The notes beneath the pieces are model-generated. The model did not search any database. It was not told the DNA's origin and saw only the letters and a list, made by a program, of their open reading frames with translations. A program made the translations under genes and the position numbers. A stretch of 57,485 nucleotides of DNA from an uncultured bacterium (GTDB taxonomy: Bacteria; B130-G9): NCBI GenBank assembly GCA_965372715.1, contig CBDVDH010000020.1, positions 1-57,485 on the forward strand, written 5' to 3'. Positions 49,330 through 57,485 of this stretch are shown here, one piece after another (position 1 is the first letter of the stretch; each line of letters opens with the position of its first letter).

Positions 49330-49687
49330 AAAGCGTCACGCCCTCTCGCAAGACGGTCTGTACAAAAGAAAACGGAAGGTTCGCGTATTCATCCGCCTCC
49401 TCTTGCGTCCGAACGATAATGTCCACGGATAGCAAATAATTCCGAAGTAACCGATACATGGGGACGCTCCGCTTCGGTCTGGGCAGGTCAGTTGGCATGA
49501 TGACCAGGAAGTCTATGTCAGAATGCTCTGTCGCCTCTCCCCGTGCGTAACTTCCAAACAAGATGATCTTGTCAGGATTGAAAGCTCTGGATAGCTTGCT
49601 GGCCATCTCCAGGATGACTCCGAACTCCACCTTCTCCGGCTTACAGGTCCGAAGTTCTTCCAGCGTCATTTGGTCCAGCGTCTTCAC
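49313..49687 (-). CDS. Minimal nucleotidyltransferase (MNT)
   Basis: IILFGSYARGEATEHSDIDFLVI; overlaps the HEPN start. Confidence 0.93.
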   Translation of the reverse strand: MKTLDQMTLEELRTCKPEKVEFGVILEMASKLSRAFNPDKIILFGSYARGEATEHSDIDFLVIMPTDLPRPKRSVPMYRLLRNYLLSVDIIVRTQEEADEYANLPFSFVQTVLREGVTLYDRKA

Positions 49688-49891
49688 ATCCTCACCTCAT
49701 AGTCTCTTCCACCACAGAGACACAGAGACACAGAGAAAAAGTACAAGTGGCGAGTATCAAGTTTTTTGACCATGACCTGTTTCTTCCGGATTGCCCGCAT
49801 CCTCCGACCTCAGTGTTCTCTGTGTCTCTGTGGTGAATCATCACTAATCCACACGCTCAGTCAAGCGTTTCGTCGTGGCAAGAACAAGCTC

Positions 49892-49920
49892 TTGACATCA
49901 GTGAATCACACTGTTAGTTT
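49892..49920 (+). promoter_or_regulatory. Putative sigma70 promoter for hflKC
   Basis: TTGACA-17 bp-TAGTTT. Confidence 0.5.
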
Positions 49921-49965
49921 CTAGATACAGATTAATTTGACAATCGCACTTAAGGGCGCTGGCTA

Positions 49966-50991
49966 ATGCCGCCACAGGATTTTGACCTCAGGAAGATGAA
50001 GGTGAAGGGTCGCAAAGGCCAGGACTTCGAGATAAACCTGAGTAACATCAAGCTGCCCAAGATTCCGCTGCGCTGGATTGTTCTCGCCGCAGTCGCAATC
50101 TGGCTCTTGACTGGGTTTTACGTGGTGAGTCCTGGCGAACAGGGCGTCGTGAGGCGATTTGGCGCCTACGTTCACAGCACAGAGGAGGGCCTTCGCTACC
50201 ACCTTCCCTACCCGGTAGAGACCGTTGACAAGGTTAGCCTCACGGGAATAAGGCGCCTCGAGGTAGGGTTCAGGACTGTCCAGGGCGTTGCGCGAAACGT
50301 GCATCGAGAGTCGCACATGCTCTCTGGCGACGAAAACATCGTCAACGTGACGATGATCGTCCAGTATCGCGTCAACGACGCCAGAGCTTACCTCTTCAAC
50401 GTCAAGGGCCAAGTGGGGACGATACGGGACGCGACCGAATCAGCGCTTAGGCAGGTTATCGGCATCCACTCCATTGACGACGTTCTGACGGCTGGCAAGC
50501 AGCAAATTCAGGACGAGACTCGTGAGAAGCTCGACGAGCTGCTCCAGTCCTACTCGCTTGGCGTTCACGTAACGGCCGTTCAGTTGCAGGACGTTCATCC
50601 GCCCCAGCAGGTCATTCACGCCTTCAAGGACGTTGCGAGCGCCAAAGAGGACAAAAGCAAGACGATCAACAACGCGCACGGCTATCGCAACGAAGTGCTT
50701 CCTAAGGCGAGGGGCGAGGCGGCCCAGATGGTCCGCAAGGCCGAGGGTGCCAAGGTCGATAGGATCAAGCGTGCCGAGGGCGACGTGCAGAAGTTCCTCA
50801 AGACGCTCGAGAAGTATAGGATGGCCAAGGATGTTACGAGACGGCGACTCTACATCGAGACGATGGAGGAGGTTCTACCGGCGGCAAAGAAGATAGTTCT
50901 CACCGAGTCGGGCCAGGTGAATCTGTTGAATCTTTTGTCGAGCGATTTTCAAACGCTTGCACCGAGCAAGAAGAAGGCGGGCGGCAGATGA
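49966..50991 (+). CDS. hflK: FtsH protease activity modulator HflK
   Basis: GVVRRFG, MLSGDEN, ESALRQVIG, QLQDVHPP, RRLYIETME. Confidence 0.96.
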   Translation: MPPQDFDLRKMKVKGRKGQDFEINLSNIKLPKIPLRWIVLAAVAIWLLTGFYVVSPGEQGVVRRFGAYVHSTEEGLRYHLPYPVETVDKVSLTGIRRLEVGFRTVQGVARNVHRESHMLSGDENIVNVTMIVQYRVNDARAYLFNVKGQVGTIRDATESALRQVIGIHSIDDVLTAGKQQIQDETREKLDELLQSYSLGVHVTAVQLQDVHPPQQVIHAFKDVASAKEDKSKTINNAHGYRNEVLPKARGEAAQMVRKAEGAKVDRIKRAEGDVQKFLKTLEKYRMAKDVTRRRLYIETMEEVLPAAKKIVLTESGQVNLLNLLSSDFQTLAPSKKKAGGR

Positions 50992-51869
50992 CAAAGAACG
51001 CTACTCCGATACCGAAGGGCCTGTATTTGCTTGGCGGGTTCATACTCCTGGCCATCGTCGTGAACATGATCTTCTTCACGGTCGATGAGACGGAACAGGC
51101 GGTGGTCCTCCAGTTCGGCAAGTTCGTGAGAGCGATTCGCGAGCCTGGGCTTCACGCGAAGGTTCCCTATCCGATACAGACGGTGCGCATTCTCGACAAG
51201 CGGATACTGGAGTATGACGCGGAGCCCCGCGAGATCGTAACGGGCGACAAGAAGACGCTTGTGATTGACAACTACGCCAGATGGCGGATAGCGGATCCGC
51301 TGCTGTTCATGAAAAAGGTCGTGAACGAGGCGGGCGCCCAGACGAGGCTGGACGATATCGTCTATTCTGTGCTGCGCGTCGATCTTGGCAAGCACAACCT
51401 CGACGAGATCGTATCGAAGCGCGCCCCAATAATGGACACCGTTTCCGAGGAATGCACGGTAAAGATGACGGAATTCGGGATTGAGATCGTGAACGTACGC
51501 ATCAAGCGAGCAGACCTTCCCGAGGAGAACGAGCGCGCTGTCTTTGAGCGAATGGAGGCCGAGCGGTCGCGAAAGGCGAAGAAATATCGCGCAGAGGGTC
51601 GGCAGACGGCGACAGAGATCAGGGCCGAGACCGACAAGGAACGGACGGTCATTCTGGCCGAGGCCTACAAGCAAGCCAAGACGACCGAGGGCGAGGGCGA
51701 CGCCGAAGCAACAGAGATATATGCTAAGGCATTCTCTCAGGACCCGCAGTTCTACGAGTTCTGGCGGACACTTCAAGCGTACAAGCACACAATCGACGAC
51801 AAAACTACGCTCGTGATCGACGCCAATTCGCCGTTCTACAAATACCTGCAAGGTACCACGCAGAAGTAA
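50988..51869 (+). CDS. hflC: Protease modulator HflC
   Basis: VDETEQAVVLQFG, DKKTLVIDNY, RIKRADLP, FYEFWRTL. Confidence 0.96.
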   Translation: MTKNATPIPKGLYLLGGFILLAIVVNMIFFTVDETEQAVVLQFGKFVRAIREPGLHAKVPYPIQTVRILDKRILEYDAEPREIVTGDKKTLVIDNYARWRIADPLLFMKKVVNEAGAQTRLDDIVYSVLRVDLGKHNLDEIVSKRAPIMDTVSEECTVKMTEFGIEIVNVRIKRADLPEENERAVFERMEAERSRKAKKYRAEGRQTATEIRAETDKERTVILAEAYKQAKTTEGEGDAEATEIYAKAFSQDPQFYEFWRTLQAYKHTIDDKTTLVIDANSPFYKYLQGTTQK

Positions 51870-51876
51870 TCAACTC

Positions 51877-53217
51877 ATGCGGCTTCTGCTCGTCAACCCC
51901 CCCTCACTGAGCAAGAATCTCGCGCCCCTGCCGCCAGCAGGTCCCGCATACATCGCATCCTTCGTCCGCCAACACGGCTGCAACGTCGCTATCCTCGACG
52001 CAACCAATCTCGGGCTTGGCCACGCCGAGTCGCTGGCTCGGATACTGAGCGCAAAACCCGATGTCGTCGGCATCTCGGTCGTCTCCGGAACGCACAATTC
52101 CGCGGCCACGCTCGGTAAGCTCGTTCGTGAGGCGCTTCCTGATGCCATCATCGTCCTGGGCGGACCGCACGTCCACTTCATGTATCAACAGATGATGCAA
52201 GACCACGAATGGATAGACTTCTGCGTTCGCGGCGAGGGCGAGGAGACGATGCTCGAACTGCTGTCCGCGCTCGAACGAGGCGCAGGCGCATCAGCCATCA
52301 AGGGGCTTGTTTTCCGTAGAAACGGCGAGGTTGTCATTAACCCAGATCGCCCGTTCATCAAGGACCTGGACAGATTGCCGTTTCCGGCGAGGGACCTGCT
52401 CCCAATGCACGTATATCACTGGCGGATATATGGCTTCACCCGGCCCGACGATCGCGTCGTAACGATCACCGCGACCCGCGGCTGCCCATTCCACTGCCAT
52501 TTCTGCGCCTCAAGTTACCTCTGGAACGTGCAGCGGCGAAGGTCGGTCGAGAACGTGCTCGACGAGATCGATGAATGCGCAAAAAAATACAACATCGGGA
52601 TGCTCCTGTTCCCCGATGACTTGCTGCTGCTCAATGAGAAATGGGCGATAGAGCTTTGCCAGGGGATGATCGAGCGGGGCTACGACCGGTTCAAATGGGC
52701 CTGCACCGGAAGGCCGGGCGGCGTATCTGAGAGCGTCCTCGATTGGCTCCAAAAGTCCCGATGCCGCCTCATAATGTTCGGCATCGAGTTCGGCAATCAA
52801 CGGCTGCTCGACTTCTGTGGCAAGAAAACGACGCTGTCCGAGATAGAGGCCACTATTGCCGGGACGCGTGCGCGGGGCATTCTGACGATGGGCTTTTTCA
52901 TGCTCGGCTACCCTACCGAGACAAATGAAACGATCAAGGAAACGATTGAATTCGCGAGGAGATTGAAGCTCGATTTCGCTGAGTTCAACCTGCCCAAGGC
53001 GCTTCCGGGCTCGCCGCTCTACGACTACTGCGTGGAGAGAGACCTGCTGATCGACACGAGCGACGAGAACTTCAACACCGTCTCCAGGCAGATGATAAAG
53101 CTGGACAAGGTGCGCCCCCAAGAGCTCCAAACGCTCTATCGCAAGGCCCTCAAGAAGACTAGATACTCGCTGATGGGCCGGCTCAAAAAGCTTCAGCGGC
53201 GCATCTTACTCGGCTGA
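51877..53217 (+). CDS. B12-binding domain radical SAM protein
   Basis: VLGGPH, RGEGE, TRGCPFHCHFC (CxxxCxxC), FMLGYP. Confidence 0.93.
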   Translation: MRLLLVNPPSLSKNLAPLPPAGPAYIASFVRQHGCNVAILDATNLGLGHAESLARILSAKPDVVGISVVSGTHNSAATLGKLVREALPDAIIVLGGPHVHFMYQQMMQDHEWIDFCVRGEGEETMLELLSALERGAGASAIKGLVFRRNGEVVINPDRPFIKDLDRLPFPARDLLPMHVYHWRIYGFTRPDDRVVTITATRGCPFHCHFCASSYLWNVQRRRSVENVLDEIDECAKKYNIGMLLFPDDLLLLNEKWAIELCQGMIERGYDRFKWACTGRPGGVSESVLDWLQKSRCRLIMFGIEFGNQRLLDFCGKKTTLSEIEATIAGTRARGILTMGFFMLGYPTETNETIKETIEFARRLKLDFAEFNLPKALPGSPLYDYCVERDLLIDTSDENFNTVSRQMIKLDKVRPQELQTLYRKALKKTRYSLMGRLKKLQRRILLG

Positions 53218-53231
53218 CTGGAGAAAGTGGG

Positions 53232-53540
53232 AACCACGAATGAACACGAAGCGGAGAGCCTCCGCCCCCGGAGCTGTCCTGGCCGGCGGATGCGCCAGTC
53301 AGCTCGCACGTGCCGAGCTCGCGTCCAACCAGTGATACAAACCTGAATAGGCGCGAATGAGGGCGAACGAGGTCGCCGCCTTCGTGCTCCTTAGTGTCCT
53401 TCGTGGACCCGGGTTCTATTAGATGTTTCATCCACCAAGACCACGAAGCCGCACGAAGATTCAGCTGATCTCTCCTTAATTCGTGTTAATTCGTGTTAAT
53501 TCGTGGTTTCCTCTCCTCTTCCTGGTGGCCTTCGTGGCTC
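53232..53540. repeat. Cluster of CACGAA-core short-period repeat arms in both orientations
   Basis: AACCACGAATGAACACGAA; TTCGTGCTCCTTAGTGTCCTTCGTGG; CCACCAAGACCACGAAGCCGCACGAAG; (TTAATTCGTG)x3+GTT. Confidence 0.75.
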
Positions 53541-53596
53541 GCTGATTTTCCACGAGGGGTTGCAGGGCATGAGAACGCATATACAATGGTGGGACG

Positions 53597-55264
53597 ATGA
53601 GGAAGGACGTTTTGAGATCAGTATTTGAGGAAGCGGTTGAGGCGGCTGCCCACGAGCTCGGCTGGGAGCTTCCTGGCGGGCTTGAGATAACGTTCGGCGT
53701 GCCCAAGTCCGAGGAACTCGGCGACTATAGCTGCAACGTCGCGATGGTTCTCGCAAAGAGAGTCCGGGCGAATCCGAGGCCCGTGGCGCAGGCCATCATC
53801 TCGAAGGTCAAGGCCGAATCCGGTAGCATCGAGCGGCTTGAGGTCGCCGGGCCAGGGTTCATAAACATCTTCCTCAAAGACGAGTGGTGGCAGGGCGCCG
53901 TCCGTGAGATACTGACCGACGGCTCGGAATATGGCCGATTCCAATGCGACTCGCCTCAGAAAATCCAGATCGAGTTCGTCTCCGCCAACCCAGTCGGCCC
54001 GTTGAACGTCGTCAGCGCGAGGGCCGCCGCACTGGGCGATTCGATGGCGAATCTCCTTCAGGCCGTGGGCCACACCGTTGAGCGCGAGTACTACGTCAAC
54101 GACGCTGGTAATCAGGCCGTCATCTTCGGCAAGTCCGTCGCGTCCAGATACGTGGCTCTCATCGGCCGTGAGTATCCCTTCCCCGAAAACGGCTACGTGG
54201 GCGATTACATCGAGGACGTTGCTCAGAGCATATACCAGGAACACGGCAGCGATTTCGAGGACATGAATGAGGACCCGGTCTTCAATCGCTTCAACACAGT
54301 TGCACTCAGTAGGATGATCGAATGCCAGCGGCGGACGCTGCTCGACTATGGCGTTGAGTTCGACGTCTGGTTCAGCGACCAGAAGCTGCGTGAGAAAGGC
54401 GCCTTGAGGCAGGTGATGGCCATTCTGGACGATAGCGCGAAGGCGTTCGAGTCCGAAGGCGCCCAGTGGTTTAGAGCGACGGACTATGGCGACAAGCGCG
54501 ACCGCGTCCTTGTCAAGAAGGACGGCGAGGCAACGTATTTGCTCGGCGATCTGGCCTATCACAGGGACAAGTTCGAGCGCGGCTTCGATGAGTTGATAGT
54601 CATCTGGGGTCCCGACCATCAGGGGCAGGTCAAAGGGCTTCTGGGCGGCGTCGAGGCGATGGGTTACGATCCCAAAAAACTGAAGATGATCATCTCGGGC
54701 CACATCAGGCTGCTTCGGGGCGGCGAGGCGCTCGCCATGTCGAAGCGGGCGGGCGACTTCATCTCGATGGACGAGCTATTGGCCGACGTGGGCAAGGACG
54801 CGGCACGGTTCTTCTTCCTTTTACGAGGCGCCTCATCCCACCTGGACTTCGACATGGACCTCGCCAAGAAGGAGACGCCCGAAAATCCCGTCTATTACGT
54901 GCAATATGCCCACGCTCGCGTGTGCAGCATCTTCAAGAAGGCCGCCGAGAAGGGCGTGGAATACAACGAGGACCTCCCCTCCGCCGACCTGTCTCTACTC
55001 GACGCGGACGAGGTCCGTATCGCCAAGCGCCTATGCCGCTTCCCTGAGACAATCGAGCGCTCGGCCGAGAAACTCGAGCCGCACAACGTCTGCTACTTTC
55101 TGATCGACCTCGCGTCCGATTTCCACAGCTGCTACAACAAGACGAAGGTCCTGACCGACGACCCAGACCTCACAACTGCACGCCTCGCCCTATCCGCCGC
55201 CGTCCGCCAGGTCATCGCCAACGGCCTCGCCCTCATCGGCGTCTCCGCCCCGGATGCGATGTGA
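53597..55264 (+). CDS. argS: Arginine--tRNA ligase
   Basis: GDYSCN, AGPGFIN, EFVSANPVGPL, MSKRAG, NPVYYVQYAHAR. Confidence 0.98.
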   Translation: MRKDVLRSVFEEAVEAAAHELGWELPGGLEITFGVPKSEELGDYSCNVAMVLAKRVRANPRPVAQAIISKVKAESGSIERLEVAGPGFINIFLKDEWWQGAVREILTDGSEYGRFQCDSPQKIQIEFVSANPVGPLNVVSARAAALGDSMANLLQAVGHTVEREYYVNDAGNQAVIFGKSVASRYVALIGREYPFPENGYVGDYIEDVAQSIYQEHGSDFEDMNEDPVFNRFNTVALSRMIECQRRTLLDYGVEFDVWFSDQKLREKGALRQVMAILDDSAKAFESEGAQWFRATDYGDKRDRVLVKKDGEATYLLGDLAYHRDKFERGFDELIVIWGPDHQGQVKGLLGGVEAMGYDPKKLKMIISGHIRLLRGGEALAMSKRAGDFISMDELLADVGKDAARFFFLLRGASSHLDFDMDLAKKETPENPVYYVQYAHARVCSIFKKAAEKGVEYNEDLPSADLSLLDADEVRIAKRLCRFPETIERSAEKLEPHNVCYFLIDLASDFHSCYNKTKVLTDDPDLTTARLALSAAVRQVIANGLALIGVSAPDAM

Positions 55265-55352
55265 TTAGGTGGCAGTATCATTGTCGAAACTGGTGACACT
55301 GTGATATATTTAGAGTGACTATCAGTTTATTGAAACAGAAGGAGGCAAAGAG

Positions 55353-57485
55353 ATGAAAGCAGCACCCCTGTGCATCATTCTTGCGGTCGTTGCGTTGCTG
55401 TCGGTCGCGGCGATCGCGGGGCCATCAATCACAATCTACACGGACGCCGAGACGTATCAATCTGGCGATGCGGTCGAGGTGAGCCTATCGGCGCAGAATG
55501 TGGGCGACGGGATGTCGGTTGACGTTTATATCGGTCTTATCACGCCCGACTGGGACATCTACGCCTACGGGCCGGGCGGATGGACCGACAGCCTCGAACC
55601 GTGGATACCCGATATCTATGTCCCATCCGGCTTTAGCATGGACCGGACGCCGCTTTGGTGGTTCGATGTGCCTTGCTCCGTGCCGCCAATCAGCCAGCAA
55701 GGACAGTATTACTTCGCCTCGGTCCTCACCTATCCTGGAACGTTGGAGTGGGTAAGCCAGCCGAGTCTGGCACTGTTTACAGTTGGCGCCTCTGCGGTAT
55801 CGAATTACTACGTTGACGGTGAAACGGGCGAGGATTTCAATGAGGGGTCTGAAAGCTACCCGTGGAGAACGATAACCCACGCCCTCGCTTCCGCGCTCAG
55901 CACCCCTGCCACCATCCACGTCGCGGCCGGCACCTATTCCCGCACGACTAACGGCGAGAGCTTCCCACTGCACATGAAGAGCTGGGTATCGCTTCAGGGC
56001 GAAGCCTCAGGGAGCACGATCCTCGATGCCGAACGGGCTGCGTATCACGTCATCTACTGCGACGGGGTCGATAACCTGGCAATACAGGGCTTCACCATAA
56101 CGGGTGGCCTCGCAAATAGGTGGGACATGTGGTATGCCATCGACTGCCGCGGCGGGGGGATATACTGCTATGACAGTTCGCCGACGATCTCAAGCAACAC
56201 GATCACGAACAACACTGCCAACTACTACGGCGGCGGGATATGCTGCGATGACAGTTCGCCGACGATTGAGAACAACACGATCTCGCACAACTCGGCATCC
56301 TGGTACGGCGGCGGGATATTCTGCTACGAAAATTCGCCAACGATTGAGAACAACACGATCTCGGACAACACCGCATACCCGGACGGCGGCGGGATATACT
56401 GCTGGCGCGGTTCGCCGACGATCTCAAGCAACGCGATCTCGGACAACACAGCCTTCGGCGACGGCGGCGGGATATACTGCGTCAGGAGTTCGCCGAGCAT
56501 CTCAAGCAACACGTTCTCAGACAACACTGCCATCGACCACGGCGGCGGGATATATTGCTACGAAAGCTCGCCAGCGATCGAGAACAACACGATAACCGGC
56601 AACACAGCCTTCGACGACGGCGGCGGGATATATTGCCAGTCTTGCAGTTCGGCGACGATCTCAAACAACACGATCTCGGACAACACTGCCGTCGGCTATG
56701 GCGGCGGGATATATTGTGCGGACAGCAACAGTTCGCCGACGATCAGAAGCAACAGGATCACGGGTAACTGGGCATACTCGGGCGGCGGCGGGATAGGCTG
56801 CGCCTACGCCTACAGTTCGCCCATCATCTCAAACAACGCGATCTCGGACGACTCGGCTTACGACGACGGCGGCGGGATATATTGGTCGGATAACAGCAGT
56901 TCGCCGACCATTGAGAACAACACGATCTGGGACAACTCGTCCACATACGGCGGCGGGATAGGCTGCTATGAAACTTCGCCGACCATTGAGAACAACACGA
57001 TCACCGACAACTGGGCATACTCGGACGGCGGCGGGATATACTGCCACTCTTGCAGTTCAGCGACGATCTCAAACAACACGATCACGGGCAACACTGCCGT
57101 CAGCGACGGCGGCGGGATATGCTGCTATGAGAGTTCCCCGACGATCAGAAGCAACACGATCACGGACAACTGGGCATACTACGGCGGCGGCGGGGTATGC
57201 TGCGCCTACAGCTCGCCGACCATCCTGAACAACACAATCTCGGACAACAGTGCCCGCTGGCACGGCGGTGGGATAGGCTGCTGGGACAGTTCGCCGACGA
57301 TTGAGAACAACACGATCTCGGACAACGCGGCATACCGCGGCGGCGGGATATACTGCTATGACAGTTCGCCGACGATTGAGAACAACACGATCTCGGACAA
57401 CGCCGGCGGCGGGATATACTGTCACTCTTGCAGTTCGCCGACGATTGAGAACAACACGATCTCGGACAACGCCGGCGGCGGGATA
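55353..57485 (+). CDS. Secreted right-handed parallel beta-helix repeat protein (runs off window end; absent from the ORF track)
   Basis: AGGAGG + ATG; signal peptide; Ig-like domain; YYVD...PWRTITHAL...IHVAAGTY cap; at least 17 GGGIxCxxSSPTIxNNTIxxN repeats; no stop codon in hand translation. Confidence 0.93.
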   Translation, partial: MKAAPLCIILAVVALLSVAAIAGPSITIYTDAETYQSGDAVEVSLSAQNVGDGMSVDVYIGLITPDWDIYAYGPGGWTDSLEPWIPDIYVPSGFSMDRTPLWWFDVPCSVPPISQQGQYYFASVLTYPGTLEWVSQPSLALFTVGASAVSNYYVDGETGEDFNEGSESYPWRTITHALASALSTPATIHVAAGTYSRTTNGESFPLHMKSWVSLQGEASGSTILDAERAAYHVIYCDGVDNLAIQGFTITGGLANRWDMWYAIDCRGGGIYCYDSSPTISSNTITNNTANYYGGGICCDDSSPTIENNTISHNSASWYGGGIFCYENSPTIENNTISDNTAYPDGGGIYCWRGSPTISSNAISDNTAFGDGGGIYCVRSSPSISSNTFSDNTAIDHGGGIYCYESSPAIENNTITGNTAFDDGGGIYCQSCSSATISNNTISDNTAVGYGGGIYCADSNSSPTIRSNRITGNWAYSGGGGIGCAYAYSSPIISNNAISDDSAYDDGGGIYWSDNSSSPTIENNTIWDNSSTYGGGIGCYETSPTIENNTITDNWAYSDGGGIYCHSCSSATISNNTITGNTAVSDGGGICCYESSPTIRSNTITDNWAYYGGGGVCCAYSSPTILNNTISDNSARWHGGGIGCWDSSPTIENNTISDNAAYRGGGIYCYDSSPTIENNTISDNAGGGIYCHSCSSPTIENNTISDNAGGGI

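Larger units (their letters stand above)
48282..49834. repeat. Array of seven ACCACAGAG(ACACAGAG)1-2 arms bounding genes and empty units
   Basis: Arms at 48282-48306, 48674-48698, 48727-48743, 48823-48847, 48875-48891, 49711-49735, 49818-49834. Confidence 0.92.

Noticed and set aside
48282-49834. Classical integron attC array
   Set aside because: Arms lack RYYYAAC/GTTRRRY cores and no IntI is present; reported instead as a distinct repeat system.
926-54703. Long antisense ORFs (e.g. 926-2137, 10651-11826, 50949-51851, 53618-54703)
   Set aside because: Shadow frames opposite well-supported genes, expected in GC-rich DNA.
56146-57485. CRISPR-like periodic repeats
   Set aside because: Units are multiples of three within one open frame and encode beta-helix coils; no cas genes present.

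Overview
GC-rich bacterial chromosome segment. It carries housekeeping genes (tsaE-hslV-hslU, lgt-rluD, hflK-hflC, argS, tRNA-Gly(CCC)), large secreted beta-propeller and beta-helix proteins that share one terminal Ig-like domain, a cation:proton antiporter/EIIA/PII-like/hybrid-kinase operon and several membrane glycosyltransferases. Accessory DNA includes a DUF2283 + ABC-type ATPase + TOPRIM-like cassette, a 4.3-kb island between an intact tRNA-Gly and an orphan tRNA-Gly 5' half that encodes an unknown 1100-aa HExxH protein, an orphan DNA methyltransferase, and a decayed IS1595-type element carrying a fused restriction-modification gene. Intergenic DNA is rich in short repeat elements. The most striking unexplained structure is at 48.28-49.84 kb. 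A GxxExxY nuclease-family gene sits between perfect 25-bp inverted arms, next to two 'empty' arm-bounded units and an MNT-HEPN pair, and the junctions supply a conserved SD + GTG, like a cassette array with no integrase. Related triple-repeat arms occur elsewhere in the window. All family calls come from motif recognition by eye; no database searches were run.
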